Shown here: positions 41,949 to 54,041 of the stretch, piece by piece
Layout of the letters: each line of letters begins with the position of its first letter
Numbering within the stretch: position 1 is the stretch's first letter
NCBI GenBank assembly: GCA_048772705.1
Contig: JBLWGC010000126.1
Coordinates: 1-64,000, forward strand
Length of the DNA: 64,000 nt
From: Leidyana gryllorum EB-2025a
Lineage: Eukaryota > Protista > Apicomplexa
Reading direction: 5' to 3'
The notes under the pieces: model-generated
The model's database searches: none
Seen by the model: only the letters and a program-made list of their open reading frames with translations
What the model was told of the DNA's origin: nothing
Made by a program: the position numbers and the translations under genes

Positions 41949-43457
41949 CTAACACGGGAAGTCCGTTTGACAAGCCCCTGCTATAAGCATCCACTCCTTC
42001 GCACTGTAGTCTTGGGGATCATAGCGTTCAGAGCATCCTTCAGGTAGAGTTCTGCTTTTAGAGACGCAAACAGTCCCCGATCGAACGTGTGTGCGTGGGC
42101 AACGGGATTTAGAGTAGTTCGGGCGACACCGGTTACTGGAGCACCCCCAGGGCGTCAGACACACCCTCTCCAGATTATATTTATCTGCTGATGATAGGTT
42201 TCGACTCTTCCAGTGTACCGGACACGGCCCCATATAATCCGGTGGAGCCATACATGTACCATCAACCTGATCATGAGGTTGGTTCAGATTTTTATCCAGC
42301 GTCTTGCAGAATCACCTGCTTTGTGAAGTTCTGTGGACATGAGCTGGACAGGTTGCGGTAACGCGAGCAATGAGTGCGGCATGGCCATCGGTAGCCTTGT
42401 TCAACGAGTGTTTGTTTCGCAGTCTGGGATGCGGGTCTGGGGATCTGTGCGCGGACGGCGTGGTTGGCAGAGGAGGCAAGTGACGTACATTGTGATCTGT
42501 GGTGAAGGACTGGAAAGGACACGATGATTGTACGTTCTTTTCAGCTGTCCCACCTGACACCGGCTGTCTGCGGTGAGGAAGTATCCAAGCGGACAGGCCT
42601 TGGATGAGTAGTGTATATCCTTGGGAGCGCATGGATTCTGAGCCTTGGCGGGCGCCACACATGAGAAGGTGGCTTCACACGCATTGCTCAGGAAGACCCG
42701 CTGAGGCGTGGACAGCTGTGGGGAGGATGTGACGCTTTTGTAGCCACTGATGCCTTCAGACTCACATTCTGACTGTAACGCAGCTCGGCGAGGCAGCTTC
42801 CCTCATATAGAGGGGTCGGATAGCACTCGGCGCCTCTGTAAAGGAAGTGAGTGCAGAGGGAGATTGGTTGTGGCTATCTTACAGTACCACCCAGTGGTCA
42901 GGACACCACTGTTCCTCAACATCGAAGGCTGTGCAATCGTAATTGGGATTCCGGGCATAGAGTGCCGCTACCGTGGGGCCTGAATTAGCCAGATTTCTCA
43001 GTATGTTCCGCCATGAGTAGCCTTTGTACTTTGATCGCCAGTAACGCCAGCCGCTTCCCCAAGTCTTCCCGTACCCTCTCCATCGTCTGATTCCCTCTTC
43101 TTCTTCCTCCAATCGTTTGAGATGATCTTCTCTTTCCTCGGGTTCGACTGACTCTTCTTTGAGTCCGAGATCTTCTCCGGCTTCAACGACTGGGGGGCCC
43201 AGCGTATCATCGGCCCGATCCTTTGCCTTCTGGTTCGCCCGACTGATGGTATCGCGGGCCAAGTCTTCAATCTTCAGGGGCAGTTTGTCATCTTCGAACG
43301 TGGCCAAGTTTGAACTGAGTCGGTGGGGCGTGATAGGCCGCTGTGTCACAATGACCTGAGGCCTGATTGGGTAATCAGCAATGTTGCCAAGGCTCGATAG
43401 CTGGCCTGCAGCGAGCCAAGGCCAAGACGGGGCCAGAAAGATGGGGATGGGGCGCAT
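41949..43457 (-). CDS. CPW-WPC family protein (multi-exon)
   Basis: Signal-like N-terminus; repeats CPDHW, CPLGY, YRWPC, CMAPPDYMGPC, PWGC, DFPC typical of apicomplexan CPW-WPC domains. Confidence 0.8.
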
Positions 43458-43565
43458 TGGGATCGATCGTCTATCTATCTGACTAACTATATCTGTCAGT
43501 CTCACAATCTCAATCTCTCTGCGCTACTAATACATCAATGTATCAATGTGTACCACAGTGAATTT

Positions 43566-44130
43566 TCAGACCAGCGGGGTCATGTCGTCTCCACCGGGCG
43601 TGAGTTCGGGGCTGAGGGAGGAGAAGGCATTCTTGGCTCCGTATTTCATACTTTTGATGGAATCGGCAGTGACAAGTTCTCCTTTGAGATCTACTCGCCC
43701 ACAGCCGGTATAATGGAGGTTGGCTGATCGCGTGAGTGGAGTCACACACAGCAAATCGTTTGATTTCTCACGGATTTGATACGTTAGACTCTCAATGTAC
43801 TCGCAGGAAGTGCACATAACTGATCCCACATTCTCAGGCGATACCCAGCCGCTGATTGAACGGTTGGATGTACAAAGCGGAGTCTGTACTCACACTCACC
43901 ATCCTACGATTGGATGGTTACAGGTGCAGTCAGCACAGAACACCATGTCGGTGATGAGCATTCCTCGCTTGGGGATATTGAGAAACTCAACAAGAGGCTA
44001 CTCTTACAGCAGTCTCATGAAAGTCATTGATGCAACCGACTGGGGCAGGACGACAACAGGTTCCACATATCTCTGGGGTGCAGTAGTAGGCTGTGACAGC
44101 AGGGAGAAGGAGGATTGGTGACCACCACAT
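43566..44130 (-). CDS. Small secreted Cys-rich protein (3 exons)
   Basis: MWWSPILLLPAVTA signal; spliced product contains CTPEICGTCC, FCADCTCNH and MCTSCE. Confidence 0.55.
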
Positions 44131-44153
44131 TTTGCGAGAAAAAAGTGGGTAGA

Positions 44154-47100
44154 ATGTACCGACCACCCACCAAACGACACCGCTCTTCAGAAAGTGGTAA
44201 AGTACCAATGGGGCTGAGAACCGTACTGTCAAGCAGTCCCTCATTGCACTGTCTATCGTCTTATGTGACATCAAGTGATGTAGCACAACTCGGATTGACC
44301 TGCCGAAGTTTCCGCTCTCTCGTCGCTCGAGACTGGGCCGGCAACATCAAGATGGGTGGTGTCGCGATCGACAGATATTCCGGCCATACACATATAAAAC
44401 TGCCGCTGATCTACTGCGGCCTCGAGGAACGTCGCAGTGTCTATTATTGGACACCCAGCCATGTCTGCTTACGCGACCGACGTAACGGCTATTCACTCCT
44501 CCACCTCGAACTAAACGGTACCTCCTTCAACCGAATGAGTATCCAAAAGCAGCTCCAACTATTATGGAGCTGCAATTTCGTTCAAACACTCAATGTCGAT
44601 TCAACCTTCTTCAATTGCGACTGCCCTATCTGCGAATCCATCAACAATCCCAACGCTCTCTCTACTCTCGGACTCGCACCTGCCACCTCCCGATCTTTGG
44701 TTGGTGAGCCGTGTATCGCTAGAGTCGAGACCACTGGAGGCGGTGCTCCTCCCTCGACCTCCACTACTTCACAACAACACGGCACTGACACTGAAGCTCC
44801 CGCGGTATTCGCCTCTCTCTGGGTCGCTTCCGCAGGCAGCGAGAGCTCCCCCAGCTCGCCATCCAGTGCGAGTCCAGCCTCAACTGGCGGCCTTCCTCCC
44901 AGTCCGATCGTGGCCACTGTCGATGACTCCTCCCCTATCACTATCCCCAACCCCAATGTACAGACCGTTGTGTGCCCTCCCAAGATCAAAGTCCCCCTCC
45001 CAATTATTACTGGCTCTATGCCGCTCGCTGTCAGAAAAGAAATAGCTATTCTCCATGCATTTGAACGCCTTACCGTCGTATTTCAAATCGCCTATCGTAA
45101 CCGCGCAACACTCACTTCCTTCCGCATTGAAGGTCCGGCTTCCAATTTGTCAACAGCTCTCATGCGCGATGATGATCTGCCAAAGTTACCCTTCCCCCTC
45201 AAACCCAAAGCTCCACTTCCTCAAGGTGCAAACCCCAAGAATCACTCCAAGGCTCCTCCCCTCTTCTGCAAACTGGCCACTGCGTCATTCGGAGCTACTG
45301 TTGATTGCCGCTATATTGTCCCCTTTTTGGATTACAGCGACTTTGAGTGCCTCTCAACTGTCACTGTCGGTCGACTCACTGCCGAATACACCCACTCCAC
45401 TCCTCAATTCGGGGAAAAGGCCACTGTTGTCTTTGCGCCCCAACATATCTTCAACCAAATGTCTTTCCCTGCGGCACCGCATCTTCCGGCTATCTATAAC
45501 GGAGCCATTGATGAGGTGAGCAGATGCGATCGCTCAGTCTACAGTCGGACACACACGTGTGTATCTGCAGAATCTACGTTTCCAAGGTCGCGGAATTTTT
45601 GTATGTGATGAGTACACATATGAGGGAGAGTTCCGTGACGGTGTCAACAACGGATTCGGTCACATGAAGTCGTCAGCAGGTGAAATGTGAGATCTTCCAA
45701 CCCTCTCCCTCTTTTATAACACCTTTGATAGGTACACTGGAGAGTGGAAACATGGACAACGTAACGGCAAGGGTCGCGTAGTTCAGTTGTCGGGTGATAG
45801 TTTGGCCGGCAACTGGGTTCACGATAGTTTGGGAGGTCTCGGCACGCTGGAAACATCGGAAGGTTTCTCGTATGTGGGTAATTGGTTGAACTCCAGATTT
45901 GAAGGTTGGGGATCTATTTGGTACAAGAATCGGCTGATGTGTTATGGACGTTTCAGCCGTGGATTCCTCTGCGGGTGGTCCCGAACGGTACGGCTGGTCG
46001 TTCAGAAGGAGGTCGGTCTAAGCTGGGAGGAGGGGGAGCACGACGAGTCTGGGCGAGTATCACGGTGTTTCCAGATCACCCTGAATATCCCTATGAGGAA
46101 TCCGCGGACTGGCCACCTCGGTCGTAGTTTGATCAAGTTGTTGCCGCTAAATGGCATCGAAGAGCAGCGAGAAATGCTGAGAAGTATGAATCTGGACAGT
46201 CTCAAATCGCCATCTCATCTAAGATCTGAGACGAAAGTGCAACCGACATTGGCTGAACCACCTTTACTGAAGACTTTTGTCCACGACTTTCCGGATGAAG
46301 ACTCTCTCTTCGGAGAAGATGATGTCAATGATCCGGTGCCAACAAATTCGGCACCTGTGGCTTCCACTGAGCTGTGTATGTCGCCCGCGGCTCGCCGAAC
46401 TGTGCTTCGTCCCTTCGTGACTCCCATGTCGCACAGAGCGGATGCTCCTTCGATGCCCCTTCGTCTAATGTCTCTGAGTTCGTCTCTGGAAGCGCAGGAC
46501 TCCCCCCTCGCGACCCCGAATGGTCCCAGTGTTGCCGCGAGTCAGCCAGATGTGGTTGGGAGCCCTTCTCCCACAACGTTACCCGTGAGAGCGTTCTCTG
46601 AACGGTGCTGGACGAGTTCGGCTCCCCGGCATCTATCGGTGGAGGTGGCCTCCCCTGCGAACAGAGCTGAAACTGGGCTGCGATCGCGGATGGCTCACAG
46701 AACTTTGGCTCTATCGCAACGAGCGGCTGCGCGATTGGCGGCCTTCAGCCAGCATTTGGGTCAACAAAGTCCGGCTCAAAGTGCGCGGCCCGCGAGCAGC
46801 CGGTATCTGTCGCCTTCACCAGAAGGATTCCGAATGTCTCCCGGGGCGTCTCCACCGATGCCGCATCGACGGAGGATAAATTTGCCGTCTGACTCGGTGG
46901 AGAGTCCTCAGCCTCAGCCCCAGCCGCATCCCGACCGGTCGGCTCCGGAGCGGGTGGAGGTTGAGGGCGGTGCCCCTCATCAGAGTGAACAGCTGTCAAC
47001 GCACATCACATCGCCTCCAACGGGCCAGGAGTCCACCGGGAGTCCCCCTGAGTTACCGCCGCTTCCGTTGGAGGAGATGGCCGCAGCAGGCGAGGAGACA

Positions 47101-47532
47101 GGGGAGGGAGGCCGGACTCCACTGGGTCTCCCGGAGGTGGACGTGGACAGTATGGACGCTCCCGAGGACGAAGACGATCCCCGTCCGGCGGTGGAAGGGT
47201 TCTCGCGATCTCGGCCTGCTTTGCTGCAGGTGATGGAGACGGTGGCATTGATAGAGAAGTTTGGGAAAGGGCGGCAAGAAGAGATCTGGAAGTTCTTTTA
47301 CGAATGGGATCGCGCTTACTTTAAGCACGTTCACTGTGAATGGCTCAAGCCGATGGGTGAGAGCGTCGGAAGTGTTGCTACTCGGCGAATTACATCTCCA
47401 TTGCACGTCCCTGGGCCGGATGAAGTGCCTAATTGGCTGCGAGTGAAGATCTGGCAGTACTACAAGTATCATAGGATCGATAAGATGGACAGAAGCGCCC
47501 GCGAGGCTGCGATAGCGGAGTTTGAGATTTGA
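44154..47532 (+). CDS. Putative F-box + MORN-repeat protein (multi-exon)
   Basis: F-box-like LHCLSSYVTSSDVAQLGLTCRSFRSLV. MORN repeats YEGEFRDG..NGFG, YTGEWKHGQRNGKG and YVGNWLNSRFEGWG. Introns near 45515-45570 and 45680-45731. Confidence 0.7.
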
Positions 47533-47579
47533 ATTGTACCGATCGATCGATGGCTTTGAATGTAAAAGCCGTTTTCGCT

Positions 47580-48704
47580 CTATTTTTGTTTGTTGACTTC
47601 AGTGTTTTCATTCACATGGCATACTTCAAAATCAAAGACTGCTTCTTCGTCTCCATTGCATAGACGTATCTGCGACTGGTGGTGCTGCCGTTGGGGCGGA
47701 ATTGCGTTTTCCTCCCATCGAAGCAGCTTTTGAGGTGTCTGTGCCCAAAAGCGGCTGCTGCTGTTCTGGGGACGATTTGTTATCTCCGAGATCGCTAATG
47801 GTGTTGAGAGTGGGGGTGAGCTGGCGGTAGAAAGCGTGAAGGGTGGACAATTTGCTGATGATGCTGGAGAGAGAGTGTTGGCCTTCAGCATCTCGCAGAG
47901 CGTTCGCGAAGCAATCGTTGGTAATTCTGGGGAGTACCAGACTCTGTGGATTGGTGGTGGCCGGCTGACAAATCAGAAACTCACCCCGTACAACATATTT
48001 AAGGGTTGATTGGCTATCCGTTGTAAGAAGAAAGTGGGTCTGTCGGTGCGTTGAGTTTCAGCTTTGATGAATGTCTGTTGTGTGAGTGTTGCTCTATCGA
48101 ATCTGATGCGTTGGGCTGTGTAGATGACGCTGGTGATTCTGTTCTCATCCAGTTTCTTGGTGGCGAGGGTCTGGATGAGAGGGGTGAGTTCGGTGACGTG
48201 CATTCTCCAGCCGGCCCAATATATCTCCCACAACATCCAAAGATTGATGGCTTCTTCATCGTCTTGGCGGTTGTGGACGAAAGAGCAGTGGTTGCGAGGA
48301 CAGCCGACTTCTCCCCTCTCACAGGCCTTTGTGCGATAGAGGAGTGGGTGGAACATTTTCTCAAAGATGGTGTGTGATAAGCAACAATAGGGGTTGGGGC
48401 ACTGCAGGCCCTGGGGGCAGTCGGCCGGAAGATAGAAGACGGCGAAGCAATCGCGTCGCATCAACTTGGGTCGTTCGAAACATTTGGTGTGTGGTTCCAC
48501 TGTCGCTCGGACACTTCCGGTGACGGGGAAGTCGGAAAGGTCGGGTAGGGGGTGCAGCTTGCCTACTAACTCTGTGGGTAATTGCTGGTTGGAACCTCCC
48601 GTTCTCCAACCAGCGTTATACTCTGAAAGCCAATATGGACACAGTTCGGAGATCTCCCTCGGATGGAATAGGGCCCAGCCCAGATTGCTTGAAGACGACT
48701 GCAT
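47580..48704 (-). CDS. CCCH zinc-finger protein, unkempt-like
   Basis: CPQGLQCPNPYCCLSHTIFEKMFHPLLYRTKAC...CPRNHCSFVH; 3' exon approximate. Confidence 0.75.
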
Positions 48705-48851
48705 TTCTCGCTACACTTGGAGAAATATAATGCCGGTCACATGCATTACACAAATCACGCAATTTGCCTCCCGGCTTACAGCGACCAGTTGAGACGGGGG
48801 AAGATTTTTCAATTTCAATTGAGAGGCGATTCGTTGTCAATTAAGGGGGGG

Positions 48852-51800
48852 TCAACGTCGGAGCACAGGCATGTCATCATCGTCCTGATCATTATCGCTA
48901 TCGCCTACGTCTCCGTAGAACCACATTCCCAGACGTTTGGCTTTGGCGTCCTTCTCTGCCTCCTCAAACTTGCCGTTAGTCTCTCTCGGTAACACAGAGT
49001 TTGCCATCCGGTTGATCTTTGCTAAGCCGAGACCCAACAGCTTTTCATTCAGCGACTTCTTGTCCTGTGCATCCACAATCACAACGCCGGGTATGGTGCC
49101 TGGACGCTTGACGAGTTGAGTGATCCGGTACACCTGATGGCCCATTTCATCGAGCGCCTCGGCCGCTTGTCGTTCAAAATCACCCAGAGTCTTGACGGCC
49201 AATAGGTGTACATTCACAGCTTGCGGTGGTCTGACCACAACATTCAGTTCAGGAGGCATTCTCAATAATCTGTCGAGACTCAGCTTCTCTTCGTTACCGT
49301 AATCCAAATATAAAACTTGAACAGAGAGATTGTTTGCGGCCACAGACTTCACTCTCGCCCGGTACCACGTGTCGTCCTGCGAGAATCGGGCCAGAACAAT
49401 GTCTCCGACCTTAGGAGGTCTCTGTACAGTGAATCGGTCTTGGAAGGACTCCTCATTGGCGTCTCCGTGTTTATCGCACATCTCCTTTACCTTCAAAAGT
49501 TCGGTCTCATTCTCATTCTGCACAAAGAATGAGTGGACACCGACCACGTGGCTGATGACCAGTGGCTCAGTCTCGATCCATCCAATGTTGCTCGTGTCTT
49601 CGGCTGCCGCCCCCATAGCCGTCTTGCTATCAGCAGCACCCCAACCAGTCTTCGTCATCAAACCGCTCGGAGTACTGTTCGCGGTGCTCGGAGACGACTG
49701 AGCGCCCAGAGACGCCCCGCCACCCGTCACCGGATTGTTCAACTCGTACGCTGTCACCAACTCCGGGAGAGCCCACATACCCACCCGTTCTCGGACGGCC
49801 TGAGCCTCGGCGTCCAGGAGATCTTCGGCGATCGGACACATCCGAAGCCCCACAGCTTCGGTTCGGGCGCAGCCGTTGACGAGAACGCGGGCATTAATGC
49901 TCTCTTTGGCCGACATTGTGTGCAGAGGATACATTATGCCAATGTAAGCCCCCCCTCTGTCACACGCCTGAATTTTTATGTTGAAACTCCGATGCATCAG
50001 ATGGTACCGCGCCCACTCGATGGCTTCCAGGGCATACGGCCCGGCCTCTGTCACTTGACCGTTCACGGGATTCACGCGACCCGCCTGAGGGGCTCGCATA
50101 CCGCTCAGAACAAACGTCATCCGCGCGTGTTCCGAAGGGATTGTGATTGCAAACCGAGCAGCATTGAACACGTGATCCACCACACACTTCAGTTTATCGT
50201 GTCGTCGGAACGACTGCTCCAAAGCCCGAGCCTTGTTGACATTCTCGGGTCCCACGAGATCGTTGAACCGATGTTTCGGGATCTCCCCGCCGACTTTGTG
50301 CACACCGATCTTCTCGTTCTTTGCCGTCTCCTCTGCTTCCAGAAGCTGATCGTAAATCTTAGATCGATCTTCGTCAGCTCTGTGTCGAATTGTCTTTGCG
50401 TACCCTCTTCGTACCAGTTCCAGATTCACCGGGACCGGAGGTGTGCCAGTATAGATCGTCACATAGTGCAACCGGCCCAAGTTGTCACTGGCTGGCGGCG
50501 GCTCAGCTCCCGTGGCAGAAGGCGTGGGTTGGCGGATATAGTCAACGACCACTCTGAATTTCTTGCCCGCCAGCATATCTCGAACGAGCTCAAACGCCTC
50601 GTGAGCATAAGGTTCGGCCTCACGCACACGTGTGCGGGGTCGAGGACATCTGATCGAAGACAGATAGATACGAGTCTCATGCATCATCACCTCCGTCATT
50701 GGAGGGTTGTTTTGAGTACTCAATTTATTCAGAGGCACCACCGTCAAATTGTCCGCAGAGTGCAACTCTAACAGTCGAGCGGGATACGATGCGTCCCCTC
50801 CGAGACCAGTCTCTGTTGGGGAAGGGGCAGACACTTCCTCCGGAGCCGACTGGCGAGTAAGAAAGATTAGTTGAGTTGATGATCTCAAAACACAATGTCG
50901 ACGCTTACCTTCCAGACACCCTTGCGAGCGAGCTGTGCTTTCCGGGTTGCGCCCCGGAGGTCCTGTTGGTTGGGACAGTAGCGGGCGGAGTTCTCGTGGA
51001 TGCGGGCGAGACCCTCCTCGAGCAACAAAATCCCGATCGCACCTCTCGGGTGGAAAGGAGTGACATAGAGTGAGCCATAAGAGTCGTGGCCATCAACACG
51101 GAAAGGTATTGAGCGTCCGAGAAGTCGTAATTCTGTGAATTGTAACGATTGACGGCTCAGCACTTCTCCATTGGTCTCTCCCTTGGGATTGGGAGCTATC
51201 AGACCCGTGATGGAGGCTTGAGCATTCACGCACTCAGAAACAAAAAAGAGCTTCAGACTCGCACCGTCCCTCACGTGTTCCACAATGGCCTCCAATTGCT
51301 TTCCCTTATGCTTCTCAGCGAAAGCCTTTGTGTAGTTTACTGACAGGCGACGAGTAGACAGTCATAGAGTCCACACACACACACTTTGACTCACCATCTC
51401 CGGCAGTCCATTTGATCTGACGGATGGGGGGTAACTGCGTACCCCACATCCCTTTATGCTCCTCCTGAGCTGTCTTTTGGAGCAGCTGCAATTCTGCGGG
51501 ACGAGTGGTGGTTTTAGATGGGGGATCGGGGGGGGGGGGCTTACTATCAAGGTTGGGTGCCTGCACGGGTGCCGCTGTGGCGACCCTGGCGTAGCCCTCT
51601 GCGACGAGGAGGGCCGCTATGTCTTGACCATCGTGACCAATGGTGACGTAGGTACGGAAGTTGTGGGTGGCGACGTCCTCGTAGACGATCGACTGGCCGA
51701 TAAGGCGTTTCCTCACGAGTTCTCGGGCCTCAAAACCACAGGGTTCATCGAGAGCCTCCGCAGTTGTGGATTTGAATGCGACTCGAGGAGCGTTTATTCC

Positions 51801-51917
51801 AGCCAGATAGACGCGGAGAGTGGCGGGAGGAGCAGTCTTGTCAGTGCCAGATCGCACAAAGAGGTCGAGTGTATCTCCAGACAGTACATGTTTGACAACT
51901 GCCTGAATTGGAGGCAT
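48852..51917 (-). CDS. SND1: Tudor staphylococcal nuclease (Tudor-SN)
   Basis: Four SN repeats (VKHVLSGDT, VEHVRDGAS, IYLSSIRCPR, VDHVFNAAR), a Tudor domain (ARFSQDDTWYRA..YLDYGN) and a terminal GMWFYGD. Confidence 0.95.
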
Positions 51918-51988
51918 CTTTAGGCTGGCGCTGGCAATGCAAGGGAGAAAGCAGTGTTGTTGTTCTTTTTCTGAGAAGAAGAAAAAGC

Positions 51989-53765
51989 CTATTCTAGGTT
52001 GTAGGTCTTTTCAGCAAAGTACAATTCACCATCTTCTGGCACTCCCCGGCGGCTGAGATGCAACTCGTCGATCACTCCTTTGCCGAATTCGTATTTGGGG
52101 TTGATGATAGCCGCAGCGTTAAACGGGATATTGAATCTTCTACTGCGCAACGGTCTGCGAACTTGACGGCCTGCAGTGAGGGTGCGAGTCATGGCCGTCG
52201 ATCGCCACTTGTTGTTTATCATAGTGACATGCAACACCAATGACCGCTTATCCAATTGACCGGGTTCCGTAGATCCCTCAGCAGCAAAGATTCGGCGCTC
52301 TCGTTTACCCTCCTCGTCCAACAGATTCTCTTCCGTCATCAACTGCACCAACAGCTCGAAGACAATGAAAAGACGGCTGGCCTCGGGCCCTTCAACACTA
52401 GACGTATCCCGGTTGCTGCGGGAAGTGCGGGCTGTGTTCCCTCTAACCTGGCTGATAAGAGCCTTCACAGCTGCCTCTGTTTCTGAACAGCGCTCAGCAG
52501 CAGCCTTCAGTGTCGCAATTTGATTCTTGTCAGCTGTGGTATCTTCCAGAGCCTTCACAGTCCTATTGAGCCGGTTTTGGAACGCAGGTGTCGAACGCGC
52601 CATGCTCTCCAGGTCCAACAAAGTGGTGCGTCTCACTTCCGCTTGCATTGGCGCGGTATCATGATCGGGTCCTTCTCCATCCTTGGAGGTGAGACTCATT
52701 GCAGCGACACCACAATGGGCGTACACAATTGAAGCCCGCTCTGGTCGCTCGTTTTCGAACAGACACAGTCCCTTCAGGGAAATCTGGAGCGGGAACGAAG
52801 CCACATTGCGCTCTCTGACTACGCGTACCAACTTCTTCAGCACTCGGTCAATAGCTTCCAATGTCTCATGATCGTAGATACGCAACATCAGTAAGGTGAA
52901 ATGCAATCGCGATGGCAGTACCACAATGCTCTCGTCGATCGCATCCTTCGAGTTAGAGTGCTTCTCCAGCACGTCTTGTCTCCATTCTTCGACCTTCTTC
53001 GATAATTCAGTGTTCTTTCCAGGGATCAGAGGCAGAGATACGAAATGAGTATAAGGGGCGGTACGCGCCAAATCTTTGATACGCTTCCCGACGTCCTCCT
53101 TCACTGACTCCACCACCTCTTGGCTTTCATGAGATAGGACAACCTAAACCGCCGTGACAGCCCAGCACCCCAACATACAACCACTTACTGTAGTTAATCG
53201 ATTGCTGAGCCAAGTGTCGAACGTTGCCTTGTTGATCTCCTCACGTGTGAGTCGAGGACCTTTTTGCAACTGCAAAAAGAGCAATCTTTGATGGGTCGGT
53301 GACACAGCGAAGGCAGGCAGGCAGAGCAGGCAGAGCAGCACACGGGTTAAAAGAAGAGGTGTGTGTGGTGGAGCCGTCTCCCCACACACCGGCTACACAC
53401 ACACCGGGGGGTAGACTACTCGAGGAATATCAAGCAGTACGATATGCAGTGTTGCATTTGTGGACAGGGGGGGAGGGGCCAGTCAGTGCATTGGACGGGG
53501 GCAAGTGCATGGAAGGGTGAAAACTTACCTCGAATTCAAGACCAGGGTATTTCTTGATCAGCTCCTTGATCTCGCGCTGTTCACGGCCACAAAGAAGGCC
53601 CAGAACATGGTTGGGACATTTGATACCGACAGTGTAGAGGTTGGCGGTCTCATCACGCGCGACTTTCCCGTCGGGGTCTACGCTGCGGTCGGGAACTGCT
53701 GGGCGTTTGGGGTCCGTGACAGTCTCCTGGAAGATGTCAGTGTCTTCTTCCTTTTGGGAGGTCAT
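51989..53765 (-). CDS. ASCC1: ASCC1-like protein (KH + 2H-phosphoesterase)
   Basis: KH-like HVLGLLCGREQ; YTHFVSLPL, LHFTLLML, LHVTMINNKWR, FNAAAI..EFG..IDELHLS. Confidence 0.8.
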
Positions 53766-54041
53766 AGGGCTGAAAAGAGAGACGCGAGGGCTCTTTAGCA
53801 AGAATGAATACCGTCTTCCCAAAAAATGGGTAACTCACAGACGACTGTCAGCAATGTAAGAACACGCGAAGGTGAGAAGAATTAAAGAGCCAACGAACAA
53901 TACGCACACACAACAGCGGAGTCTCGGCTGGAGTCCCGCAAATTCCTGAGGATTCTAGGCGGACTGTTTTTTGCTGTTCCAAGCGAGAGTTGGAATTGTT
54001 GTCTAAATGACCCGACTCAATGCACCCCGATTGGAAACCCT

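Noticed and set aside
49533-50771. 412-aa plus-strand ORF, and similar ORFs 2792..3514, 14841..15377, 54117..54968 and 58372..58959
   Set aside because: Antisense shadows of Tudor-SN and other well-supported or low-complexity genes
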